NCBI GenBank assembly: GCA_903944345.1
Contig: CAJARJ010000011.1
Location: forward strand, 3,460-67,459
DNA from: Candidatus Omnitrophota bacterium
GTDB taxonomy: Bacteria > Omnitrophota > Gorgyraeia > Zapsychrales > Fredricksoniimonadaceae
Direction: 5' to 3'
Length of the DNA stretch: 64,000 nt
Shown: in pieces, positions 40,901 through 49,205 of the stretch
Layout of the letters: the number at the start of each line of letters is the position of its first letter
Numbering within the stretch: the stretch's first letter is position 1
Notes under the pieces: model-generated
The model's database searches: none
Seen by the model: the letters and a program-made list of their open reading frames with translations, nothing else
What the model was told of the DNA's origin: nothing
Made by a program: the position numbers and the translations under genes

Positions 40901-42167
40901 TGGCATGCAAGCAACACAATGCGTCCCCAGGCAGCCGATCAAGAATATCCTCCATAGACTTTTCAATCATGCGAGGAATGACATGATTGACACGCTTAAC
41001 CACAAAGTCTCGATCAACAAGAACAAGCCCCACCTGAGCCGAATCAAAAATGGTCTGCAAGTTCCTGCGCTCCTCGTCCAGTTCAACCGAGAGGGTAAAA
41101 TATTTGCGCTCGTTCTCAAGCAAAAGACGACGGGAAGAATACTCGCGGCGGCGGATAACAAAAAAGATAACCAGAAGAGCGATAAAAAGGCCCGTGATTA
41201 TAATCGCATAAAACCGGGCATGGACAATTTCACGCTTCCAGTCCTGAATTTCGACAGGCACCTCGGGCAGTGCACCGGCAAGTGGGTCGGTCAGTCCGTC
41301 AAACTGCTGCGCACGAACAACACTTGCCGCCACAATCCGCGACACCCGCAGAAGATTTGTTTGTTCATGTCGAATTCGCTGTTCACCTGTGAAAAAGGTC
41401 ACCAGAAAACCGATAAAAACAACCAGGATCACTGCGGCAGGAAACCACAAATCCTCGCGCAAGGTATAAAACCTTTTAACATCAGGAGCATCCCCTCTCA
41501 CCTTCAGGATATAGATTCTCCAAGTCAAAAAAGCCCAGACACACACAAGACACATCCTGGCCAAAGGAACCGGGAATCCGGTAAAGTTCAAGAAACTTTC
41601 ATCTGTCAGCCATCCGGAAGGGAGAAAACCGGAAGAGGGAACAAAGATCAAAAGAGCTCCGTAACAGCCTATGGTCACTGCCAGCATTTTCACCAAACCA
41701 GACAAATCCTGATGCCGAAGAGCGAACCTGAAAACAGCGGCCGACGCAAGAAGTGCCCCCAACAGGCCAAAACAATAACGTACCAGAAAATTCACTCCAC
41801 TCCATTCCCCCATAGTCCAACCCATCCCGAACACAAAGATAACCAGCGGACCATAAAGCCAGCGCCGCCAGTCACGCGGATATCTGTTTTCGGCATTCAT
41901 GCAGGCAATTTCGACAAAACATAGAAATGACGCCATCAAAAAACATGTCTGCAAGTTTCCCAGCCAGCGAGTCTGCGGAAAACCAAGACCCGCCATAGAA
42001 AGCCATTCCGCCACCCCGTGCAGCACACCGAACATGGCTAGGCCTTTCCATATCCCTCCGGATTTTTGTATCCTGGCCAGAAAAAAAGCCATCATCGCAA
42101 ACAAAAAAAGACCAAGGCCGTAAACAAAAAGGATGTAATCCATCTGTCCAAGAAAAAAGTCCTGCAT
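37983..42167 (-). CDS. Membrane-bound hybrid histidine kinase: multi-TM sensor, five PAS, HisKA, HATPase, receiver
   Basis: FLANMSHEIRTPMN, NLLSNAVKFT, DTGIG, GGTGLGL, C-terminal MDLQMP; five PAS/PAC units ending D(I/V)T/S.RK/R. Confidence 0.95.
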   Translation of the reverse strand: MQDFFLGQMDYILFVYGLGLFLFAMMAFFLARIQKSGGIWKGLAMFGVLHGVAEWLSMAGLGFPQTRWLGNLQTCFLMASFLCFVEIACMNAENRYPRDWRRWLYGPLVIFVFGMGWTMGEWSGVNFLVRYCFGLLGALLASAAVFRFALRHQDLSGLVKMLAVTIGCYGALLIFVPSSGFLPSGWLTDESFLNFTGFPVPLARMCLVCVWAFLTWRIYILKVRGDAPDVKRFYTLREDLWFPAAVILVVFIGFLVTFFTGEQRIRHEQTNLLRVSRIVAASVVRAQQFDGLTDPLAGALPEVPVEIQDWKREIVHARFYAIIITGLFIALLVIFFVIRRREYSSRRLLLENERKYFTLSVELDEERRNLQTIFDSAQVGLVLVDRDFVVKRVNHVIPRMIEKSMEDILDRLPGDALCCLHATEAASGCGHAEACRDCLFRNTGNRIFETGEAVRGVEISHIVRNPSGKVRRLWLEVNASPLEINGGECLLFSISDVTARKAVEEEKAGQIDFLQKLIDAIPVPVLYKDSRGCYQGCNRMFEEYVGKPRAEIIGKTVHEIIPGEVADRYAAMDQALLESPGQQVYEGNVSFPVGSSRVVVFNKASFFDKSGKFLSIVGVISDITERKRMEDALRESRDRFNMVAEQVSEVIWETDSRGLYTYVSHVAETVWGFAPEEIVGKLSFYDLHPQESREEFKAEAFACFERKEVLKEIVNPVVTKAGVCRWMMTSALPMIGKDGELLGYRGSDTDITARRLAEQRLRESEERYRLLVEYAVGAIAVHQIVLDDAGQPVDYVFLSVNPAFELQTGLRAGDIVGRRVTDVLPGIERSSFISIYGRVALTGESVTFEQYVEQMQKYFYINAYSLGDGKFATVFADITERKRVEDVIREREAYYRGLINHAADAIFVHDTPSGRIVDCNQQAVSSLGYTREEMLNLSVSNLDMDYSAERDQQAWQTLIPGQTFSLQGRHRRKDGSVFPVEVNIVVIESSGRNLLVAAARDISERKRVERVLLEAKEAAEAASRIKGEFLANMSHEIRTPMNAIIGFGQLLKITSLTEKQLSYLDTIISSGRLLLGIINDILDIARVSSGKMSFEEIEFGIRDLFSECLAMVQSQFQVRNLVFRQDISDGVPQRVMGDPTRIKQVLVNLLSNAVKFTFQGTVTLTVRVMLEKDGRRARFFISVRDTGIGIPQEKFEKIFQPFEQVDMSTVREFGGTGLGLSICKGLVERMGGEIRVSSELGKGSEFSFTLTLRIPDVSCAEAFVTEHIDAVGQNMRVLVVEDTPSNRHLLQEYLSVLGCAADFACNGQEALVLLQKGGYDLCFMDLQMPVMSGEEATRIFRREHGPDLPVIALTAAAMPQDKERCLLAGMNDFLTKPVGITDLRDILLRYKRSV

Positions 42168-42243
42168 ATACTTTCCACCTTATTAGGATAGGTTTCCCGA
42201 CAGAAAAAAAACGTTCAGCGCCCTTGTTCTTTGCGGCCTTTGA

Positions 42244-43614
42244 CTAATCCTTGTAATAATCCAATCCGATCGCCTTCATGATCGAGGCCAGGACAAAATT
42301 GAAGGGCTTGTTAAAATGCGGCAAAAAATAAACATCTGTAAAGGCGATATCGACCAGTGAAAGGTTTTGCTGAATAGCCAGCGCCAGGTAATAAATAACC
42401 TCCGTGTGCGACACATCCCCGTAGGATCCCACCTGCGCGCCCAGAAGCCGCAGCGATTTTTTGTCATATACAAGCTTGATACAGGTCTTGTTAAACGTTC
42501 CCATAAATTCCGGACGGTCGTTGTCTTCCACATAGCTGGAGGCCACATCCATCTTGAGCCGCCGGGCTGTTTCCTCGCAGATACCGGTACTGGCCAGCTT
42601 GTTCTCGAACACACAAATAGCATTAGTCCCCACCACGCTGTCGATACGCACCACCTCGTTGCCGTTGACGTGGCTTGCGGCCACAATGCCGGACTTGACC
42701 GCATTGGTCGCCAGGGCCACCTGCTGGTGCGCGCCGAAAGCCGCATGAAACATGGCTGCCGCATCGCCGATGGCGTAAATGTCGGGGATACTGGTCCGCA
42801 TAAACTTGTCGACAATAATAGCCCCGTTAGACGTCTTCTTGACGTCCGGCAAAAGCTCGGTATTCGGCTTAAAACCAACACATTTAACCACCAGATCTGC
42901 GTCATATTCAGACTGATCCGTAACAATCCTGGTTACCTTGCCGCCATCTCCTCTGAAATCCACCACCTTCTGCCCAAGTGCCAGTGTGATGCCCGCGGCA
43001 CGAATATCGGCCTCCAGATGGTCGGTAAATTCCCGGTCAAAATACCGGGCCAGCACCCGGGTCTCAAAATCGACCAGTGTCACCTTTTTACCCTTGCGAT
43101 GATACGCTTCTGCCAGCTCGATCCCGATATAACCCGCACCCACCACCGCCACACTGCGGATCGCCGGATCGTCAGCCTTGCGAATAAGTTCCTGGGCATG
43201 CTGATACAACTTACAGATATCGACATTGGCCAATGCCCCATTCCCGGCAGGAATACCAGGAATATCTACCGGCCAGGATCCGGCGGCATAAATCAATTTG
43301 TCATAACTGTCGGTAAAAACACTGCCGGAAGAAAGATCCCGCACCGTCACCGTTTTCTTGACCGGATCGACAGCGATCACATCGTGGTTCATGCGGACTG
43401 CGGCCCCCTTCTCCGTAAGCTTGACCGGTGTGCAGTAAAAAAGGTCATCAATGTTCTTTACCGTGCCGCCAACAACCAGGGCAATGCCGCAGCCAAGAAA
43501 CGAAATATTGGTATTGCGATCATAAGCCGTAACCTCATGACTCTTGTTCTGGGCAAGCAGAGTGCGCAAAGCCGATGTTCCTGCATGATTGATGCCAACA
43601 ATAATGACTTTCAT
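42244..43614 (-). CDS. nox: H2O-forming NADH oxidase (Nox/Npx/CoADR family)
   Basis: GINHAG, redox Cys in ISFLGCG, GAGYIG.E, ALATNAV, FLPHFNKP. Confidence 0.88.
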   Translation of the reverse strand: MKVIIVGINHAGTSALRTLLAQNKSHEVTAYDRNTNISFLGCGIALVVGGTVKNIDDLFYCTPVKLTEKGAAVRMNHDVIAVDPVKKTVTVRDLSSGSVFTDSYDKLIYAAGSWPVDIPGIPAGNGALANVDICKLYQHAQELIRKADDPAIRSVAVVGAGYIGIELAEAYHRKGKKVTLVDFETRVLARYFDREFTDHLEADIRAAGITLALGQKVVDFRGDGGKVTRIVTDQSEYDADLVVKCVGFKPNTELLPDVKKTSNGAIIVDKFMRTSIPDIYAIGDAAAMFHAAFGAHQQVALATNAVKSGIVAASHVNGNEVVRIDSVVGTNAICVFENKLASTGICEETARRLKMDVASSYVEDNDRPEFMGTFNKTCIKLVYDKKSLRLLGAQVGSYGDVSHTEVIYYLALAIQQNLSLVDIAFTDVYFLPHFNKPFNFVLASIMKAIGLDYYKD

Positions 43615-43868
43615 AATCTCTCTCCGGTAAAATTTTCGAGGTTTTCTCTAAGAATATGATGATTATTCTAACAGAAAGTTGCAGGAGGACGTGCAGGATT
43701 TTCAGATAAAGACAAAACCGGGAACTGTCAGCAACAAGAGCATTACTGAACCATTTTCGTGACACCAAGAAAATGGTCATCGCAGATCACCATGATGTCG
43801 GCGTTCTTCTGATCAGCAACTTCACTCCACCTGATAAGATTGACCTCTCTCTCCGTTTCTTTCTAAAT

Positions 43869-43896
43869 AAAAAAACCATCCCTTTCGGGATGGTTT
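43869..43896 (-). terminator. Intrinsic terminator (probably the original tRNA operon terminator)
   Basis: AAACCATCCC-TTTC-GGGATGGTTT stem with U7 run on the minus strand. Confidence 0.85.
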
Positions 43897-43906
43897 CTAA
43901 CTTTAA

Positions 43907-44116
43907 ATAATACGGACGCGACTGCAACCAATTCGAACCGCGTCCCTGATAACTGCAAAGATCATTATCGAGTCACATCAATCTCAACCTTTATACCAGA
44001 GGTTCATTCAAAAAGCAAACGAACTTAAAGCTTTGGGCATGTCACAACGCGAGATCGCCCAAGCCCTTGGCATATCACGCAGGACGGTCCGAAATGCCTG
44101 TAAATCCAGGCAATAA
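43907..44116 (+). pseudogene. Start-less helix-turn-helix reading frame beginning at the att core
   Basis: Manual translation IIRTRLQPIRTASLITAKIIIESHQSQPLYQRFIQKANELKALGMSQREIAQALGISRRTVRNACKSRQ*; in-frame stop at 43904-43906. Confidence 0.65.
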
Positions 44117-44124
44117 CTCCACCT

Positions 44125-44634
44125 TCAAGACTTCCGGTTGGCCGCAAAGTCATCCGGACCATTGTATTCATAAACATTACGCTCACGCTTTGAAGGTCCT
44201 GCGTTACAATCCCCCTTCTGATGAACATACATGTCAACGACCACCTTCCCATTCTCTTCCTTGACTGAATTAATGATCGCCCAAACGTCCAACTCCCGTG
44301 AAGCCTGATGTGCCAGCTTCTTCCCATCATTTATCAAAAACGCCAACTGATAAGACTCTGAATTCCCTGCGCCGGAATTAACAACGATGATCACGGCGGC
44401 GTCTTTTAAACCATCCTGATTGAAATCCCCGTAAACATAACGATCATCGTAGCGAACATGCCAGAGATTGCGTTTAAAATATTCTCCATTAACAAGCGTG
44501 ACTTTGTCACCCGAGAATTCATTGCCAACAAGATATGACATGTTTCCAAATAACTTTGCCGCTGTCTTATCGTGGACACAACCAGACAAGAAGGCCGACG
44601 CAAACAAAAATAGAATAACCTGCTTTAACCGCAT
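44125..44634 (-). CDS. Lipoprotein, hypothetical
   Basis: MRLKQVILFLFASAFLSG-C lipobox; GDFNQDGLKDA motif; start overlaps the upstream stop. Confidence 0.8.
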   Translation of the reverse strand: MRLKQVILFLFASAFLSGCVHDKTAAKLFGNMSYLVGNEFSGDKVTLVNGEYFKRNLWHVRYDDRYVYGDFNQDGLKDAAVIIVVNSGAGNSESYQLAFLINDGKKLAHQASRELDVWAIINSVKEENGKVVVDMYVHQKGDCNAGPSKRERNVYEYNGPDDFAANRKS

Positions 44635-45332
44635 ATGAAAATATGGTGATGATCTTTGGTGATCCAATGCCCCTTAATACAGGCACCTTTTGTTTTACCG
44701 GGTCTCTTATTCTTGACCTTCTTGTCCGCATTCGACTTCAATGCAAACTCATCCTCATTCTTCAACACATCAATCACATATTTACGCCCGTCTTTAGCTT
44801 GTTTCTTTGTTGCCCCGGCAGCCTCAAGATATACCTGAACTGCATCCCAATTCGTTGCGTCTTTACCTGCCTCTTGAGCCAATTTCTGGGCATACGCCAC
44901 CCGGCCTTCACCAAGATTATAAGCCGCCAGCACGAATTCTTTACGCTCCAGAATGCTTTCAATGGGTATAGTCACCCTTCCCTCAGCCAACTTTGTCGGC
45001 TTACCATACATCGTATTAAGATCTTTTAAATACCGAGCTGCTGCTATAGAGGCGTAATCAATATCAAATCGCTGATCATTCTCTTTTGTGACAATTAGCC
45101 CATACCGCTCAGCTGTATCCTTTTGCAAATGAAAGTCGCCGACCGCCCCAGCAATACCTCGAGACCGACGTAACACACCAAAACTGCTTTCCTGACCGTA
45201 AATGGCTTCCAGTGAATTAACCGTCAGCGCATCGGTACGAGCAAAATAGCGTGAAGCATTCTCAAGTGCTTCCCGTATATGCGATGTTTCACGCCCAACC
45301 CATACGTCAACATCTGTTCTCCTCTTAACCAT
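44625..45332 (-). CDS. SLT-type lytic transglycosylase without signal peptide
   Basis: AIYGQESSFG (catalytic Glu), GAVGDFHL...TAERYGL, AAARYL, LAAYNLGEG. Confidence 0.85.
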   Translation of the reverse strand: MVKRRTDVDVWVGRETSHIREALENASRYFARTDALTVNSLEAIYGQESSFGVLRRSRGIAGAVGDFHLQKDTAERYGLIVTKENDQRFDIDYASIAAARYLKDLNTMYGKPTKLAEGRVTIPIESILERKEFVLAAYNLGEGRVAYAQKLAQEAGKDATNWDAVQVYLEAAGATKKQAKDGRKYVIDVLKNEDEFALKSNADKKVKNKRPGKTKGACIKGHWITKDHHHIFICG

Positions 45333-45373
45333 ACATCTTCCATCCTTTTCAACTTTACCCGATCATGCCTTAA

Positions 45374-46594
45374 TTATAATAAAGAAAAATGAACATTCCT
45401 GATGCCACGGGCAATATCACCGGCATTAGTTGAGGTTGAGATCACCAGACTGGCAGCATTCTTTTGATTCGCAACTTCACGCCACTTGATCACATTGGCC
45501 ACTTTTGAAGAATCTACGGTCGATGAAAGTTTAACCTCAACCGGAAAAATCCTCCCGCCCTGTTCAATCAACATGTCCACTTCCAAACCATCTGAACTAC
45601 GAAAGTAATAAAGTGCCCGCTCGTCTCCCCATACCGAGAGACGTTTATACATTTGGGCAACACATGCTGTCTCAAAGAGCGCACCCGCCATGGGACCCTG
45701 CATGGCATGGTCCGAATCCTGAAGCCCAACCAGGTAGCATAAAAGTCCCGTATCCATAAAATAACATTTCGGCGCCTTAATGAGCCGTTTCCCAAAGTTG
45801 GAGTGATACGGCATTAAAAAGAATATCAACCCGTTGGCCTCCAAAAGTGACAGCCAAGACTTTATCGTCGGAAGTGAAACACCGACCTCTGTGGCCAACG
45901 CAGCGGCATTCAATTGTTGTGCGGTCCTGGCAGCCAATAACCCGATGAAACGCTCAAAATCTCTTAAGTTCCCATCACGCACATTTCCGCGGACATCTCT
46001 GTCAATATACGTCTGCACATAACTTGAAAACCATGTCTTTCGTGCCGTCGCAAGACCAAGAACAGCTTCAGGATATCCGCCTTTAAGTATCCATTCCCCT
46101 ACAGACATTTTATGATGCACAACATGCTGACCGCTCTTTAATCGATCCAAAAATGCTTCAAAGTTTACAGCTTGCCTCCCGGCATTCTTCTGAATTTCAG
46201 TAATAGCAAAAGGATACAAATGCAGTATCGCAATCCGACCTGCTAAGGTCTCACCTATTCCCTTCATAAGCGCCCATTGCTGTGATCCCGTCAAGATCCA
46301 CTGACCTGGAGTCTTGTCCGCATCAATCCTGGCTTTGATATACGATAAAAGCTCAGGCACATTCTGGATCTCATCAATAATGACGGGGGGCGCATATCGA
46401 TCAAGAAAACCGCGTGGATCTTCGGCTGCATACTTTCGAACATCCAACTCGTCCAAAAGAACGTATTGATATTTTGGACCAAGCCGTTTTGAAAGAGTTG
46501 TTTTTCCAGAACGACGCGGGCCGCCAATAAAGACAGCCGGAAACGATTTTACCGCATCAAAAAATGGTTTTTCGAGGAGTCGGGCTCTGTACAT
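45374..46594 (-). CDS. AAA_14 ATPase with DUF4143 domain
   Basis: GPRRSGKTT, IIDEIQ, LTGS, LAGR, KAPKCYFMDTG, EVD...PVEVK; start at MYRAR. Confidence 0.9.
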   Translation of the reverse strand: MYRARLLEKPFFDAVKSFPAVFIGGPRRSGKTTLSKRLGPKYQYVLLDELDVRKYAAEDPRGFLDRYAPPVIIDEIQNVPELLSYIKARIDADKTPGQWILTGSQQWALMKGIGETLAGRIAILHLYPFAITEIQKNAGRQAVNFEAFLDRLKSGQHVVHHKMSVGEWILKGGYPEAVLGLATARKTWFSSYVQTYIDRDVRGNVRDGNLRDFERFIGLLAARTAQQLNAAALATEVGVSLPTIKSWLSLLEANGLIFFLMPYHSNFGKRLIKAPKCYFMDTGLLCYLVGLQDSDHAMQGPMAGALFETACVAQMYKRLSVWGDERALYYFRSSDGLEVDMLIEQGGRIFPVEVKLSSTVDSSKVANVIKWREVANQKNAASLVISTSTNAGDIARGIRNVHFSLL

Positions 46595-46736
46595 GTTTGT
46601 AATTATAAAGTACAACTTTAATTTGTCAAGTGTTAACGTTGCGAAAAAAACCTGAACATAGTTTATGCTCAAGGCTTCTCATTACTTCACATCAATCAAT
46701 GCGGCACACACAATCGAAAAAGGTTCGAATTGAAAA

Positions 46737-46912
46737 AATACGGAGAGGGAGGGATTTTCCTACTACGCTCGGGCGGTGCCTCGCTGCGTAGGCTCACCTC
46801 GCTCGCTGTCGGCCGGCCTTCGGCTACGGCCTTTTCCTCGCTTTTCGCTCGGCGCTCTCTCGTTTCAAATCCCTCTTTTATCTTATAAAATAATACGGAG
46901 AGGGAGGGATTT
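46737..46912 (-). repeat. tRNA-linked structured repeat with duplicated tRNA-Ser 3' end
   Basis: 21-bp AATACGGAGAGGGAGGGATTT at 46737-46757 and 46892-46912 (155-bp period); internal TTCAAATCCCTC 46864-46875 complementary to the T-arm sequence. Confidence 0.8.
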
Positions 46913-46984
46913 GAACCCTCGGACCCAGTCTCCCAGGTCAACTTCTTAGCAGGAAGCTCCAATCGGCCACTCTGGCACCTCTCC
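46896..46984 (-). tRNA. tRNA-Ser(GCT)
   Basis: GGAGAGG/CCTCTCC acceptor, CT-GCT-AA loop, long variable arm, GGTTCAAATCC; CCA not encoded. Confidence 0.95.
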
Positions 46985-47023
46985 AAAATCGGCAGGCATA
47001 TAGAAAGAACTGTACGGTAGAAA

Positions 47024-47500
47024 TCAGGCTTTGCGGCGTTTATTCCTGAAAAAATCACTCATGATCGCGGAACATTCAGCCTCAAGCACCCCCCCGGAGA
47101 CCTTGACCTGATGATTCAACATCTTATGCCCGGGGATATCCAGAACCGATCCGCAGGCTCCGGTTTTTTTAGCGCTCGCACCAAAAAACAATTTATCAAT
47201 CCTGGCCAGAACCAAAGCCCCGGCGCACATCGAACAAGGCTCGATTGTAACATACATTGTGCAACCCTGCAACCACTTGGAGCCAAGATAATTCGCCGCC
47301 TGGGTGATGGCTATAATCTCGGCATGCGCGGTCGGATCCTTGAGCATCTCAACCTGATCATGCGCCCGCGCGATAATGTCGCGTCCGTGCAGAATCACCG
47401 CTCCGACAGGAACCTCATCGGAGACAAAAGCCTTGCGGGCTTCTTTAAGTGCCTCCCCCATCATGATCGTGTTAATATCTGGCGACATAAATCTGTACAA
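47024..47500 (-). CDS. tadA: tRNA adenosine(34) deaminase
   Basis: EVPVGA, DPTAHAE, EPCSMCAGA, C-terminal FF..KR; true start may be slightly downstream. Confidence 0.92.
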   Translation of the reverse strand: MYRFMSPDINTIMMGEALKEARKAFVSDEVPVGAVILHGRDIIARAHDQVEMLKDPTAHAEIIAITQAANYLGSKWLQGCTMYVTIEPCSMCAGALVLARIDKLFFGASAKKTGACGSVLDIPGHKMLNHQVKVSGGVLEAECSAIMSDFFRNKRRKA

Positions 47501-47542
47501 ACAAAAAGACCGTCTGGTTCACAGACGGACAGGATATCAAAA

Positions 47543-47616
47543 CGCGCCCGACAGGAGTCGAACCTGTAACCTTCTGATCCGTAGTCAGATGCTCTATCCA
47601 ATTGAGCTACGGGCGC
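47543..47616 (-). tRNA. tRNA-Arg(ACG)
   Basis: GCGCCCGTAGCTCAATTGGATAGAGCATCTGACT-ACG-GATCAGAAGGTTACAGGTTCGACTCCTGTCGGGCGCG. Confidence 0.97.
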
Positions 47617-47692
47617 AATAGCTGCAAAACAGAATCAGATTTATAGCAGACTTATGGCCGGGTGTAAAGAGGGTTTTTTTAAAGAAATTCCT

Positions 47693-49186
47693 TTAACCAA
47701 AAAGTTTCAGCTGCGCTCGCGCTTCAACCCGGCGGTTACGTTCCGGAGGAAGACAACGCACCGTAAACAGCCCGGATGGAATTTCGCAGAGAAATGGCGA
47801 CGGCGCGGAGTTCAGAATCTGCCCCCACAACGGACGGCAGCGGGAATATGTAATTAAGAGCAGCTCCCGAGCACGCGTCATGCCAACATAAAACAGGCGA
47901 CGCTCCTCATTAACATCCCCGCTAAACCCCTGCAAGCTGACCGGTAGCAGAAAGGATTCACACCCGGCCAGAATAACCACCGGGAACTCAAGCCCTTTGG
48001 CCGCATGCATGGACATAAGAGATATTTTCTCGACCCTGGCCTGATAAACATCTGCCCGACCGTTAGGCTCCGATTCAGATCCAAAAATCCGGCAGGGCAA
48101 GCCGCAAGCTTCCAGCTCTTGTGCCAGAAGCACGGCCTGCGCATTAAGACGATACAAAACAGCCATGTCGGCAAAAGTATAGCCGCCTTCGCCTCCGGAA
48201 AGAGAAAAACCGGAATTCCCGGAAAACTCCCTGATCGACCGCGCAATATAACGGGCCTCTGCCCGGGCAGTTGGTGCCTCAAAAACAGAAAGCTCTCCCT
48301 CAACCCGAGAGAATGCCTCGGGAAACGCGGCGTGTTCAAAACGGGGTCCAGATGCAATGACCGCCGAGGAAGCCGAAACAATCCGACGGGCGCAACGATA
48401 GTTGACCTCAAGACGCAAGACCGTGCAAGGAGCAAACAGCTTGTTAAAACGCTCAAAATATTCCGGCCCGGCCCCGCGAAAACCGTAAATGGACTGATCC
48501 GGGTCTCCGATTACGGTCAGTAAAACGCCTTGCGCCGACAGACACAAAAGAAGCGCTTCCTGGACAGAGCTGACATCCTGGTACTCATCAACACACACGT
48601 GGGCAAAAGCCAAGGCCACCTCGCGACAAATCCCCGGATTTTCCCGTAACAAAAAAACCGTCTCCCGAAGAATATCATCAAAATCAAGATGCCCGGCCGT
48701 TCTCAAAAAAACAGCAAAAGCCTTGGCCTGTGGATCGTCAATTGACGAATCCACCCTGGCCTTGAAACGGGACATCCGTAAGACAAGATCGCCCGGAGAC
48801 ACTGACGGATCCCTTGCAGGAAAATCTTTGGCCAGAGTTTCGATTTCTTCCGGAAGCGTCACGGAAAAATCGGCACAAAGGCCTCGCAAATGACCGTAAC
48901 GGCGAAGAATCCCTGCCGCCAATGAATGGAATGTTCCGATCTGAAACCGGTCAACGTGATCGGGCGCGATCAACGCTAGACGAGACTGCAATTCTCCGGC
49001 CGCCCTGTTGGTAAAAGTAACAAGAAGAATTTTACGGGCATCCGTCATCTGCCCTGCCAGTCTGGCCGCGCGCAAGGTCAGAGTATGCGTTTTACCGGTC
49101 CCCGGCCCTGCTGTAACCAGAAGATGCGAGCCTGCATGCTCAACAACCCTGGACTGGGCATCATTCAAGCCTGTTTTATCCTGCAT
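47693..49186 (-). CDS. Short UvrD/PcrA-like SF1 helicase
   Basis: AGPGTGKT, TFTNRAA, GTFH, DEYQD, GDPDQSIYGFRGA, NYR, HAAKGLEF, EERRLFYVGMTRA. Confidence 0.9.
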   Translation of the reverse strand: MQDKTGLNDAQSRVVEHAGSHLLVTAGPGTGKTHTLTLRAARLAGQMTDARKILLVTFTNRAAGELQSRLALIAPDHVDRFQIGTFHSLAAGILRRYGHLRGLCADFSVTLPEEIETLAKDFPARDPSVSPGDLVLRMSRFKARVDSSIDDPQAKAFAVFLRTAGHLDFDDILRETVFLLRENPGICREVALAFAHVCVDEYQDVSSVQEALLLCLSAQGVLLTVIGDPDQSIYGFRGAGPEYFERFNKLFAPCTVLRLEVNYRCARRIVSASSAVIASGPRFEHAAFPEAFSRVEGELSVFEAPTARAEARYIARSIREFSGNSGFSLSGGEGGYTFADMAVLYRLNAQAVLLAQELEACGLPCRIFGSESEPNGRADVYQARVEKISLMSMHAAKGLEFPVVILAGCESFLLPVSLQGFSGDVNEERRLFYVGMTRARELLLITYSRCRPLWGQILNSAPSPFLCEIPSGLFTVRCLPPERNRRVEARAQLKLFG

Positions 49187-49205
49187 GCCCCACCTCTTGC
49201 GAGAA

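Larger units (their letters stand above)
43909..46744. mobile_element. 2.8-kb integrase-less genomic islet inserted in a tRNA-Ser 3'-end copy
   Basis: Core direct repeat AATACGGA at 43909-43916 and 46737-46744; 11-bp inverted repeats CAATTCGAACC (43929-43939) / GGTTCGAATTG (46722-46732); in-silico excision restores AAATAATACGGAGAGGGAGGGATTT, identical to 46888-46912; visibly AT-richer than flanks. Confidence 0.8.

Noticed and set aside
40173-43659. Long plus-strand ORFs (583 aa at 40173, 430 aa at 42367)
   Set aside because: Antisense to the well-supported kinase and nox genes, with no motifs; the same applies to 17377..18426, 35690..36700 and 54223..55134
46696-47058. 120-aa ORF
   Set aside because: Overlaps tRNA-Ser and its structured repeat
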